Assembly (NCBI GenBank): GCA_963719225.1
Contig: CAVRAY010000002.1
Location: forward strand, 352,001 to 416,000
Source: Thermoanaerobaculia bacterium
Lineage (GTDB): Bacteria > Acidobacteriota > Thermoanaerobaculia > UBA5066
Reading direction: 5' to 3'
Length of the DNA: 64,000 nucleotides
Shown here: one piece after another, positions 56,701 through 64,000 of the stretch
Position numbering within the stretch: the stretch's first letter is position 1
Layout: every line of letters starts with the position of its first letter
Position numbers and translations under genes: made by a program
Notes under the pieces: model-generated
What the model saw: only the letters and a program-made list of their open reading frames with translations
What the model was told of the DNA's origin: nothing
Database searches by the model: none

Positions 56701-57088
56701 GCTGCCGATCGCCGTGACGTTCGCGGACGAAAGGCTCGCGGTCGTCGAGGAGGCGGGGAACGTGCACGTGTTCCGCCTGACCGAAAACCCGATCACGTTG
56801 AAGAGAGAGAGCCGGTTCCAGCTCGCCTTCGCGCGCGAGCCGCATTCCGAGTATCTCCGCGGCGCCGCGCTCGACGGGTCGAGGCTCCTCGTTCCGTACA
56901 ACCCCGCCGAATTGCCGCTCATCGTGGATCTCCAGGGCACCCGCCTGATGCCGGCGCGATCCACGAGCGACCTCCATCGCCAGGACCTCGCCTGGCCCTA
57001 CCGCTTTTCGCACCTGCCGCGCGAGCTTTACGTTCTCGACGCGGTCGACTCCGCGATCCACGTCCTGACGCCGGGCGAGGCGCCGTGA
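53795..57088 (+). CDS. GT-C fold membrane glycosyltransferase-like protein with degenerate beta-propeller C-terminus
   Basis: Many TM helices and the loop motif SIFDEE. NHL-like C-terminal segment WGSEGESTGQFELPIAV. Confidence 0.65.
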   Translation: MKKARLRDSLPLATAFAASFALLCAVAFQGRGEAARGDRVLGALDGLAFRFRASATVLLPWAYAHRSGCALFATLLLVTIAAAACARGGRRGIPAALLSGALAAAAWGEILLLEGARIAGWTFFAAAVLAAGIAAHVRPLASVPGFPALSAESRPRTSGEWALPGWTESLGLLALVVLALFARAWAVNQLPSIFDEEMISVQTQSRTAHGLKQFVATEFVGTSNGLATPATNRVVFGALGVSLYATRVTALVWGLAAVPLFWGLVRRLCGGPLATFGATLLFVCAPEQLFWSRSEVSVFAPVAPLGLLFAHVGLSMVERFGVAPVVLAACLTPVCRFFYTAGHVFFVYPALLAGHAALFVKGFARRALRAVPVLLLGVLVWGFSVSIAVAAAGGPRRFVDPAQVRGEPAWRAGFPANASAAEVLRGQASRVAGNLVSVGASLTAHQAYATHWYERYTVVPAKDPMVPVGLTILATVGFGTLLGQIAERRAALVLFWLGLGLLPGVLSDEPDARRLSVIFVPILLLAAIAVTTWVRLARDAGGRAAGHFACVGAGLAIACVAASGLASNLLLPVAPLVRDEQIRFARPLVEKSDVVLHNLFYRFGKTLEFGFLDRLLAPSGPCLQFVDRGDELLSLLTPRCDFTEEVYDLTLAPAEIEKRRRAHRALRVSYLFRDTPSARKAVALLPAVDSGARVLERDWPSMGERLMAFEVNPGALRAATAPQESPTGVSGGFLVPKPGWYRLVLSPPCPAARVAALGSRWNGEEERPLLPGIFPFEISGPTACASSARPYLVTSGTDTPFAPALTTPALALFPETRGTEPVPFAGWSRARIVLRTADRISDFGVDREGRLYALFLRDQAWEIRRYSRGGAETKRVRADLPLDASTGTLLVEPDGGCIAFSLRTFERFDEDLVRREHWELPGGRSGSHAARLPGGRLAVLTGTFLEILNPAGRVESTWGSEGESTGQFELPIAVTFADERLAVVEEAGNVHVFRLTENPITLKRESRFQLAFAREPHSEYLRGAALDGSRLLVPYNPAELPLIVDLQGTRLMPARSTSDLHRQDLAWPYRFSHLPRELYVLDAVDSAIHVLTPGEAP

Positions 57089-59931
57089 GCACGTCCTCGG
57101 CGGCGCCGCTCCGGACGCTCGCCCTCCTCGCGCTCGGTTTCGCGTTCGCAGGCGAGGAGCTGATCCGGACGGGCCGGGCTCCGTGGGCCGGCATCGGCGC
57201 GCAGCTCCTCGCGTCGGGTCTCTTCGCGTGGGGCGCCTGGCCGCGGCCGGCGCCACTCGGGAATGCTCCCACGGCGCGCCGGAGAGGCACGGGCGCTCTT
57301 CTCGCATTCGCCGCCGTCTCTCTGGGCGCGATCGCGTCGATCGTGTGGTGCCTCAGGCTCTACGCCCACGGCCGCGACGTGGCCGCCGAGGGCCCGTGGA
57401 TCGCCGCGATCCTCCTGATGGCGGCGGCCGGCTTTCTCGGAGGCGAGCTCACGGCCATCGCCCCGCGCTGGGACGCCGCGCCTCCTCTCGAGAGCCGGAC
57501 CCGCCGAGGCCTCTTCGCGCTCGCGGTCGTCCTGATCCTCTGCCTCGCGGCTGCGACGCGCCTTCCCGCGCTCGACAGGATTCCCTTTGGGATTAACGCG
57601 GACGAGGGCGATCGGGCCGCGGTGTCGCTCTCGATCCTCCGGAGCCACGACGTGACGCCGCTCTTCGGCGTCGGCTGGTACCACATCAGCATCGTCTACT
57701 TCCGGCTCCTCGCGGCGGTCATGCGCGTGGCCGGAGCGACCGTTGCCGGGGCGCGGACGTTCGGCGCCCTCTGTGGAATCGCCACCGTGGGTCTCGTCCT
57801 CGCGCTCGGGGTCAAGCACTTCGGGCGTCGGGCCGGCCTTCTCGCCGGACTCCTCGTCGCTTCTTTCGGACCGGCTCTGCAGTTCTCGCGGGAGACGACG
57901 GAGGCGAGCCCCACCGCCACGCTCTGGACCGCGAGTGCGCTGCTGTTCCTCGAAGCGGCGCGCGGAGGACGTGCGTGGGCCTGGATCCTCTCGGGGCTCG
58001 CGGGAGGCTTTTCGCTCTACTTCTATCCGACGGGACGCCTGTGGAGCGTCCTCGCGATCCTTTTCGTGATCGCGCTCCTCGTGACCTCTCCGCGCGGCAC
58101 GCGCGCGAAGATCCTCTCGGGAGCGCTCCTCGCGGCGGTCGCGGCGCTCGTCATCGGCGCGCCGTTTCTCTACCGGGCGTACGTCAACCCGGACTGGTTC
58201 GTCGTGAGGGCCCGGGAGACGAGCATCTTCGTCAGCTCGAACCTGACGCGGCTGGCGTACGTCCATCGCGACTGGTCGACGCCCCGTCTCCTCCTCGCGC
58301 AGCTCGAGCGGTCGATCGGGATCTTCAACCGCTTTCCGGACGGCAACTATTTCTGGCCGACGGGAAAGCCGATCCTCCCTCCCGCGCTCGCGGCCCTGAC
58401 GATCACCGGCCTCTTCGCGAGCCTCTGGCGCGTCCGGGATCCACGGCACGCCCTCCTTTCGGCATGGTTCTGGGCCGGATTCGTGGGGGTCATCGTCACC
58501 GTAGAGACGCCAAACCTCCAACGCATGGCGACAGCGGTACCGGTGCTCGCGATCTTCGCGGCGCTCGTGCTGGACGAGGTGGTGCGCCGCTTCGCGGCGC
58601 CTCTCCAGGACCGCCGGGGCCGTGCCGCCGTGATCGCCCTCGTTTCGGCGGCCGCGCTCGCGCTGGCGGCCCGAGAGCTCGTCTTCTACTTCGGAGACTA
58701 CGCGAAGCGTGACGCGTGGCCATACCCGCGGATCGAGGGAGGCACGGTCGCGCAGGAAGGCCGCGACGCCTGGGTCGTGAGCCTCGGCAACCAGTTCCAC
58801 ATGGTCAACTCGGGCTGGGTGTATCACCTCGCGCCCGACTCCCATCGCGCGGGAATCCTCTCTCCCGGGTTCCACCTCCCCCTGACGATCCCCGCGAACC
58901 GCGATCTCGCCTTCCTTTTCTATCCCGGGCAGGACGTGTACCGGCACTTCGTCGAGGGCATCTATCCGGGTGGGAGCACGCGCCGTGTTTCGACTCCGCC
59001 CGACCAGTGGATCTTCGACGTGTATCGCGTGCCCCTCTCCACGTGGCGGGCCACGCAGGGAGCGCTCGTGCACCTCCCCGAAGGCCCCGTCCACGTGCTC
59101 TCACTCGGAGATCCCGCGCCCGCGCCGCGCTCAAGCTCGGGAGGGAGATGGACCGCGGCGATGCGCGTGCCTCGCTTCGCCAACACTGCCTTCCGCCTCG
59201 GCCCGGGACCGGCCCGCCTCACGATCGACGGCCGGGAGGTCCTGTCGGTGGCGGCGGGCGAGCCGGTGAAGGAAGTCTCCCTGTGCCTCGCGCGCGGCGA
59301 TCACTTCGTCGAGCTGGACACCGCGGGCGAGGGCCGTCCTCCCGCGCGCCTTCTCTGGGCTCCGTACCTGGCCCCGGGAGCCGAGCCCGCCTTCCAGACG
59401 ATTCCGCCCGCGATCCTGAGACCTCTCGCCGAACCTCCGGGCGGGCTCTTCGGCGTCGTGACCTTCCCCGGTGGAAGGAGGCTCGAGCGGCTCGACGGAA
59501 CGCTCGCGACGTGGAACCTTTGCGAGGAGTTTCAGTTCGGCGGCGAGCCCTTCGAGGCCGTGTGGAGGGGATCGCTCGTCCCTGCCGTTCCGGGGACCTA
59601 CAAGTTGGGACTTCTGGCCTACGGAACGGCCGAGCTCAAGATCGACGGGCGGACCATTCTCAAGAGCGAGGGGGCGCACGACGAGCCGATTGTCGCGGAC
59701 CTCGAGCTCTCGAGAGGAGAGCACGCCGTCGAGCTCACCTTCAGGCAGACCGTCGAGCCCGCGAGACTCGAATGGTCCTGGACGGAGCCCGGCGGGCAGA
59801 CCACCATCGTGCCGCCGTCCGCACTCCGTCCTCCTCGGGGCGCGGGCGTTTCGCCGCCCAGGAAGCCTGAAGACTTCGGACCGCCCGGGCGCCCCCCGCT
59901 CGTCGACCACGCCGTTTTCCTGAGGTGGTAA
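57085..59931 (+). CDS. GT39-like membrane glycosyltransferase with C-terminal PA14 domains
   Basis: GTGA overlap and loop motif GINADEG. PA14-like FEAVWRGSL...GTYKL...LKIDG...L.RGEHAVEL...LEWSW..PGG. Confidence 0.78.
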   Translation: MSTSSAAPLRTLALLALGFAFAGEELIRTGRAPWAGIGAQLLASGLFAWGAWPRPAPLGNAPTARRRGTGALLAFAAVSLGAIASIVWCLRLYAHGRDVAAEGPWIAAILLMAAAGFLGGELTAIAPRWDAAPPLESRTRRGLFALAVVLILCLAAATRLPALDRIPFGINADEGDRAAVSLSILRSHDVTPLFGVGWYHISIVYFRLLAAVMRVAGATVAGARTFGALCGIATVGLVLALGVKHFGRRAGLLAGLLVASFGPALQFSRETTEASPTATLWTASALLFLEAARGGRAWAWILSGLAGGFSLYFYPTGRLWSVLAILFVIALLVTSPRGTRAKILSGALLAAVAALVIGAPFLYRAYVNPDWFVVRARETSIFVSSNLTRLAYVHRDWSTPRLLLAQLERSIGIFNRFPDGNYFWPTGKPILPPALAALTITGLFASLWRVRDPRHALLSAWFWAGFVGVIVTVETPNLQRMATAVPVLAIFAALVLDEVVRRFAAPLQDRRGRAAVIALVSAAALALAARELVFYFGDYAKRDAWPYPRIEGGTVAQEGRDAWVVSLGNQFHMVNSGWVYHLAPDSHRAGILSPGFHLPLTIPANRDLAFLFYPGQDVYRHFVEGIYPGGSTRRVSTPPDQWIFDVYRVPLSTWRATQGALVHLPEGPVHVLSLGDPAPAPRSSSGGRWTAAMRVPRFANTAFRLGPGPARLTIDGREVLSVAAGEPVKEVSLCLARGDHFVELDTAGEGRPPARLLWAPYLAPGAEPAFQTIPPAILRPLAEPPGGLFGVVTFPGGRRLERLDGTLATWNLCEEFQFGGEPFEAVWRGSLVPAVPGTYKLGLLAYGTAELKIDGRTILKSEGAHDEPIVADLELSRGEHAVELTFRQTVEPARLEWSWTEPGGQTTIVPPSALRPPRGAGVSPPRKPEDFGPPGRPPLVDHAVFLRW

Positions 59932-59938
59932 GCGGTGC

Positions 59939-60736
59939 TCAGGGCGCGGGTGCTTCGGCCCCGCACCAATACGCCTGTTCCGCGATCGTCTCGAGCGCGG
60001 AGGAGCGATAGCGCCCCGACTCCCACGAGCGCCGAAGCGACGCGATGCGCAGGAGCATGCCCAGGGAATGGAGACCGAGGTGCACGGTGCTTTGCCCGGA
60101 GCGGCGCAGGCGGACCGGGACGCGCTTGATCTCGAGGTTGTACTTCAGCGCGACGTAGAGGAGTTCCACGTCGCCCGCGAAGCCGTTCTCCCTGAGGAGA
60201 GGGAAGAGCGCCTCCGCGACGTCGCCGCGGAAAGCCTTCAGACCGCACTGGGTGTCGAAGAGCCCGCCGGTCACGAGCATCCGCACGAAAAAGGAGAACG
60301 CGAGAGAGGCCGTGTCGCGGTGCCACGGCACGTGGGGCCTGTAGTCGGACGCATGGAGCGTGCGGTCTCCGGTGACGACGTGGAAGCCGCGGTCGTTCAC
60401 GAGGCGGGCCATGTAGGGAACCGCGTCGAGATCGAAGGGAAGGTCGGCGTCCGTGAAGACACGGCACCGGCCTCGGCTCGCGAGCATGCCCGCCTTCAGC
60501 GCGCCGAACTTCCCGAGGTTCCTCGGGAGAGAGACGACCCTGAGGCTCCGCGCCCGGGACGTGGCGAGGCGTTCCGCGGTGCCGTCCGCGCTGCCGTCGT
60601 CGACCGCGACGATCTCCCAGGAGAGGGAGCCCCGGCCCAGGAACTCGTCCGCATCGGCGAGGCTCCGCTCGACGAAATCCGCCGCGTTGAAGACGGGCAG
60701 GACCAGGGAGAGATCGGGAGGAGCTTCGACGCTCAC
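59939..60736 (-). CDS. GT2 dolichyl/polyprenyl-phosphate glycosyltransferase (Alg5-like)
   Basis: LSLVLPVFN, VDDGSADGT, NLGK, FTDADL, DTQCGLKAF and F..DVELL. Confidence 0.88.
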   Translation of the reverse strand: MSVEAPPDLSLVLPVFNAADFVERSLADADEFLGRGSLSWEIVAVDDGSADGTAERLATSRARSLRVVSLPRNLGKFGALKAGMLASRGRCRVFTDADLPFDLDAVPYMARLVNDRGFHVVTGDRTLHASDYRPHVPWHRDTASLAFSFFVRMLVTGGLFDTQCGLKAFRGDVAEALFPLLRENGFAGDVELLYVALKYNLEIKRVPVRLRRSGQSTVHLGLHSLGMLLRIASLRRSWESGRYRSSALETIAEQAYWCGAEAPAP

Positions 60737-61632
60737 GGAGCGGAGCTCCGGCGCGCCGTCACGAGCATCGAGCCCGAATTCGCGTAAAGGGCCGCGCGGC
60801 CCGGGGGGAGAAGGCGCGCAAACGCGCGCACGAGGCCTCCGCCGAACGGAAGGGCGTCGCCGATGCGCGAGAGAAGGAAACCTCCGGACACGTACTGGCC
60901 GCACGCGGAGAGGTGCTCGATCTCGAACTCCGGGGCGAGGGCCTCCGCGAGCGTCGACGGCGAGAAGTACGCGACGTGCTCGGGGATCTTGTAGGACACC
61001 CAGCGGCGCCCCGTCACGCGCGCGAGAAGGCTCTTCACGTTCGGCGTGGCGACGACAACCCGCCCTTCCGGCGCGAGGTGCCACGCGAGGTCCACCGCGA
61101 GCGCGCGGGGGTCGTAGACGTGCTCGATGACGTCGAAGAGCGTGATGACGTCGAAGGTCCCTCGGGGAAAGAGGCGGTCGGACAGCTTTCCGAGGCGGAC
61201 GCGGTCCGGATGGCGAGAAGACGCGATCGCGACCGCGGGCCCGGAGACGTCCAGCCCCGACGCGTCGTAGCCGAGCGCGCGCGCCGCCTCGAGGCCGGCT
61301 CCGGGACCGCACCCCACGTCGAGGAGGCGAGCGCCGGGCGCGGGAGGAGGGAGCCGCGAGAGGCGTCGGACGAACGTGCGGACGAGGAGCGGCTCCATGG
61401 AGGCATAAGAGGAGTATCCGCCCTCGGAGCCGCCCTTTTCCCAGTAGTCGTCGGATTCGTACAGGAGAGGGACGTCGCTCTCGGCGACGCGCGGGGTGAG
61501 ATAGCGCATCGAGCACGAGCGGCAGTCCACGACACGGTACGGCCCGAACGCGGCGCGCGTTCTGGCGGGAGGCGCCTCGCCGCAGAGCGGACACGTGCAG
61601 GTTTCGAGGCGGTACGGAGCGGCCGCAGGCAT
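60733..61632 (-). CDS. Class I SAM-dependent methyltransferase with N-terminal Zn-ribbon
   Basis: CPLC...CRSC, LLDVGCGPG, FDVIEHV and PEHVAYF. Confidence 0.88.
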   Translation of the reverse strand: MPAAAPYRLETCTCPLCGEAPPARTRAAFGPYRVVDCRSCSMRYLTPRVAESDVPLLYESDDYWEKGGSEGGYSSYASMEPLLVRTFVRRLSRLPPPAPGARLLDVGCGPGAGLEAARALGYDASGLDVSGPAVAIASSRHPDRVRLGKLSDRLFPRGTFDVITLFDVIEHVYDPRALAVDLAWHLAPEGRVVVATPNVKSLLARVTGRRWVSYKIPEHVAYFSPSTLAEALAPEFEIEHLSACGQYVSGGFLLSRIGDALPFGGGLVRAFARLLPPGRAALYANSGSMLVTARRSSAP

Positions 61633-61796
61633 CGGGTGCTCTCCGATCGATAGGATACCGGTGACGATGCACGCGGGCGGCCCGGCGGCGTCTTGGCGGT
61701 GCCCTTGGTATCATGCGTCTGCATTCGGAAACGAGGCCGGAAACGCGGAAAGGCCCGCTCGGGACGCGTTTCGGGAGTTCGCGAGGAGTTACGAAG

Positions 61797-62309
61797 ATGA
61801 CGAAGAGATGGCGCTTTTTTCCGGTCGCTCTGTGTGTTCTTTTCGTGGCCTGCGGGAAATCCCCCGAGGCGCCCGGTAAGGGCGGTCCCGCGACCGCCGG
61901 GAAGCCGGCGGCGACCCTTGAAACCTCGACGCCGGCCCCGGAAGCGCCGAAAGGCATCTATATGACGAAGTTCCGCTTCGGCTTGTCGGCCGGTCCGGAT
62001 GGCATCGTCATCTCGGAGACTCGTACCATCCAGCCGGGAGAGGCGATCTTCGCCTCGTTCGAGATCCCGAACGCTCCCCCGGGCTCGAAGGTCTTGGCCG
62101 CGTGGGTCCTCCTTCCGGACAGGAAGCCGCTCTCGCGCCAGGAAGCGCCGATCACGCCGGACAAGCCGGCCGTCGCCTTCAAGGCCGACTCGAAGGGCTG
62201 GCCGATTGGCGACTACGAACTGGAGATGTCTCTGGCCGAAGCGGGAAAAGATAAGCCGACGCTGGTGGGAACCGCGCAGTTCAAGATCGTCAAGGACAAG
62301 CTGAGGTAG
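61797..62309 (+). CDS. Hypothetical lipoprotein with Ig-like domain
   Basis: AGGAG upstream. Lipobox FVA-C, a Pro/Ala linker and GWPIGDYELE. Confidence 0.7.
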   Translation: MTKRWRFFPVALCVLFVACGKSPEAPGKGGPATAGKPAATLETSTPAPEAPKGIYMTKFRFGLSAGPDGIVISETRTIQPGEAIFASFEIPNAPPGSKVLAAWVLLPDRKPLSRQEAPITPDKPAVAFKADSKGWPIGDYELEMSLAEAGKDKPTLVGTAQFKIVKDKLR

Positions 62310-62325
62310 CGTGACCTAGGCCACA
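62310..62325. promoter_or_regulatory. Possible CRP/FNR-family binding site
   Basis: CGTGA-CCTAGG-CCACA matches TGTGA-N6-TCACA at 8 of 10 positions, upstream of the Rieske gene. Confidence 0.35.
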
Positions 62326-62392
62326 GGTTTGCGTCGTCACGGCGGCCGGGCGGAATATCCTTGCCGAGACGAAGTCTTCTTTTCTGGATGAG

Positions 62393-62893
62393 ATGATGGT
62401 GACGCGCCGGACCTTCACGCTCGCCGCGATCGGGACGGCCCTCGCCGCCGCGTCCTCGGTCGCGGGCGCCGCGCTCGCGTTCGCCCTGGGCCCGCTACGC
62501 GGCCGAGGACGGCAGGAGCAGGAGTTTCTGGACCTGGGCCCGGTGACGGCATTCGAGGCGCTCCGCGCCGGGACCTCGGGGCCCGAAGAAGTCGTCGCCG
62601 AAAGGACCGTCCAGGACGGCTACATGACGCGCCGCGTGAAGGAGCGCTTCGCGATCGTGAGGGACCCGAAAGAGGCGTCGGGCCTCGCCGCACTCGGCAC
62701 GACGTGCAGTCATCTCGGGTGCGGCGTGTCGTGGAACCGGGTGCGCAAGGCCTTCCTCTGCCCCTGCCACGGCGGCGTGTACGGGCCGGGCGGCGAGGTG
62801 CTGGCCGGGCCTCCGCCGAAACCGCTCACGCGCCTGCCTCTCGTCGTGTCGGGCGGACGCCTGCAGCTCGACGCGGCGGCTCTCGACGCGTGA
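62393..62893 (+). CDS. qcrA: Rieske 2Fe-2S subunit of a cytochrome bc complex
   Basis: Tat-like TRRTF, CSHLGC, CPCHGG and GPPPKPL. Confidence 0.92.
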   Translation: MMVTRRTFTLAAIGTALAAASSVAGAALAFALGPLRGRGRQEQEFLDLGPVTAFEALRAGTSGPEEVVAERTVQDGYMTRRVKERFAIVRDPKEASGLAALGTTCSHLGCGVSWNRVRKAFLCPCHGGVYGPGGEVLAGPPPKPLTRLPLVVSGGRLQLDAAALDA

Positions 62894-64000
62894 AAAAGCT
62901 CCTGGAGTTTCTCGAGTCGCGAGGTGGCCTCACCTCGCTCTGGCGAAAGTTCGCCGACGAGCCCGTGAGCGTGCGGCGCGCGTGGCTCTTCACGCTGGGC
63001 TCCGCGGCGCTCGCCGTGTTCCTCGTCCAGTTCGTGACCGGCTTCGCGCTCGCACTCGCGTACGCGCCCACGCCGGACCACGCCTGGGAAAGCGTGAAGG
63101 CGATCCAGACGCGCCTCTTCGCGGGAGGGCTCGTGCGCGGCCTTCACCACTGGGGCGCCTCGGCGATGGTCGTCTTCGCCGTCCTTCACATGGCGCGGAC
63201 GTTCGTCTACGGAGCGTATCGGAAGCCGCGCGAGCTGAACTGGCTCGTGGGCCTCGCGCTCCTGGTCCTCGTTCTCGGATTCGGCTTCACGGGCTATCTC
63301 CTCCCGTGGGACCAGAAGGCGTACTGGGCGACGGTCGTCGGGACGAAGGTGCCGGAGGCCCTTCCGGTCCTCGGGCCGGCAGCCTCGCGCCTCATGGCCG
63401 GCGGACCCGCGGTGGGCGCGGCGACGCTGACGCGCTTCTACGCGCTCCACGTCGTCCTGCTTCCGGTTCTCGCGTTCGCTTTCATCGCCGTCCACCTCCT
63501 CCTGCTGCGCAAGCACTCTCACGCGGGACCGGCCGCGGAGCCCGATCCGAGAGAGCCGTTTTTCCCGTACCAGGCGGCCCGCGACGGCGTCGTGATCCTC
63601 GCGGTCGTCCTCGCGCTCTTCTGGCTCGCGGCGCGGCATCCCGCCCCGCTCGAAAGGCTGGCCGATCCCACCGACACGACGACCGTGCCCCGCCCCGAGT
63701 GGTACTTCCTGCCGCTCTTCCAGCTGCTGAAGATCTTCAAAGGCCCGCTGGAGCCGATCGGCACCGCGGTTCTGCCCGGCCTTTCGATCCTCCTCCTCGC
63801 GCTCGTGCCGTGGCTCGACCGGGGCGCCTCACGTCGCTTCCCGGACCGAAAGCCCGTCCTCGTCTTCGGGGGCCTCGTCGCGGCCTGCCTTCTCTCGCTC
63901 CTCGTCTTCGGAGCCCTCGACGCGCCGAAGGCGCCGCGCTCGGGTCTCGAGGCCGGCTCCGAGGGGCCGCCCGACCCGCGCCTCCTCGGCGGCCTCGCCT
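62890..64000 (+). CDS. qcrB: Cytochrome b of bc complex, b and subunit-IV portions in one ORF (3'-truncated by window edge)
   Basis: Read from the DNA because it is absent from the ORF track. GTG at 62890 overlaps the Rieske stop. RGLHHWGAS, LHMAR, PRELNW, TGYLLPWDQKAYW, TLTRFYALH and PRPEWYFL are present, with no stop before the window end. Confidence 0.93.
   Translation, partial: MKKLLEFLESRGGLTSLWRKFADEPVSVRRAWLFTLGSAALAVFLVQFVTGFALALAYAPTPDHAWESVKAIQTRLFAGGLVRGLHHWGASAMVVFAVLHMARTFVYGAYRKPRELNWLVGLALLVLVLGFGFTGYLLPWDQKAYWATVVGTKVPEALPVLGPAASRLMAGGPAVGAATLTRFYALHVVLLPVLAFAFIAVHLLLLRKHSHAGPAAEPDPREPFFPYQAARDGVVILAVVLALFWLAARHPAPLERLADPTDTTTVPRPEWYFLPLFQLLKIFKGPLEPIGTAVLPGLSILLLALVPWLDRGASRRFPDRKPVLVFGGLVAACLLSLLVFGALDAPKAPRSGLEAGSEGPPDPRLLGGLA

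Noticed and set aside
53863-57084. N-terminal half of the 2022-aa ORF, suggesting a giant protein or programmed frameshift
   Set aside because: Low-complexity off-frame reading of 53795-57088. The real gene starts at GTG 57085 with a standard GTGA overlap.
52574-57307. 1577-aa minus-strand ORF
   Set aside because: Antisense shadow of the SGNH and GT-C genes.

Overview
GC-rich (about 70% by eye), densely coding bacterial chromosomal window. It most resembles Acidobacteriota; this is inferred from the Oar-type TonB-dependent receptors, the fused E1 dehydrogenase and the GC content, not from a marker gene. Housekeeping genes include mtnA, tsaD, lepA, lepB, pyrK/D/F, dinB and a Rieske/cytochrome b pair cut by the right edge. 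Accessory content includes a lower-GC multi-domain glycoside-hydrolase-like gene between tsaD and lepA, an ArsA/Get3-like ATPase cassette and a HicAB toxin-antitoxin pair. Three loci encode GT-C-fold membrane glycosyltransferases with Agl23/TIGR03663, DUF2298 (YYY), PA14 and NHL modules. A 14-kb block holds three TonB-dependent receptors around a LytS/LytTR two-component system. The best candidate for an undescribed system is that receptor block: a signal-peptide-bearing JAB/JAMM-like protein sits between the kinase and regulator, and 21-bp-phased YCGTC boxes lie upstream of it and of receptor 3. The archaeal/Chloroflexi-type glycosylation machinery and a HicB with a Ku-like C-terminal tail are the next candidates. 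No rRNA, tRNA, CRISPR array, transposase or integrase was recognised. All family calls come from motif recognition by eye; no searches were run.
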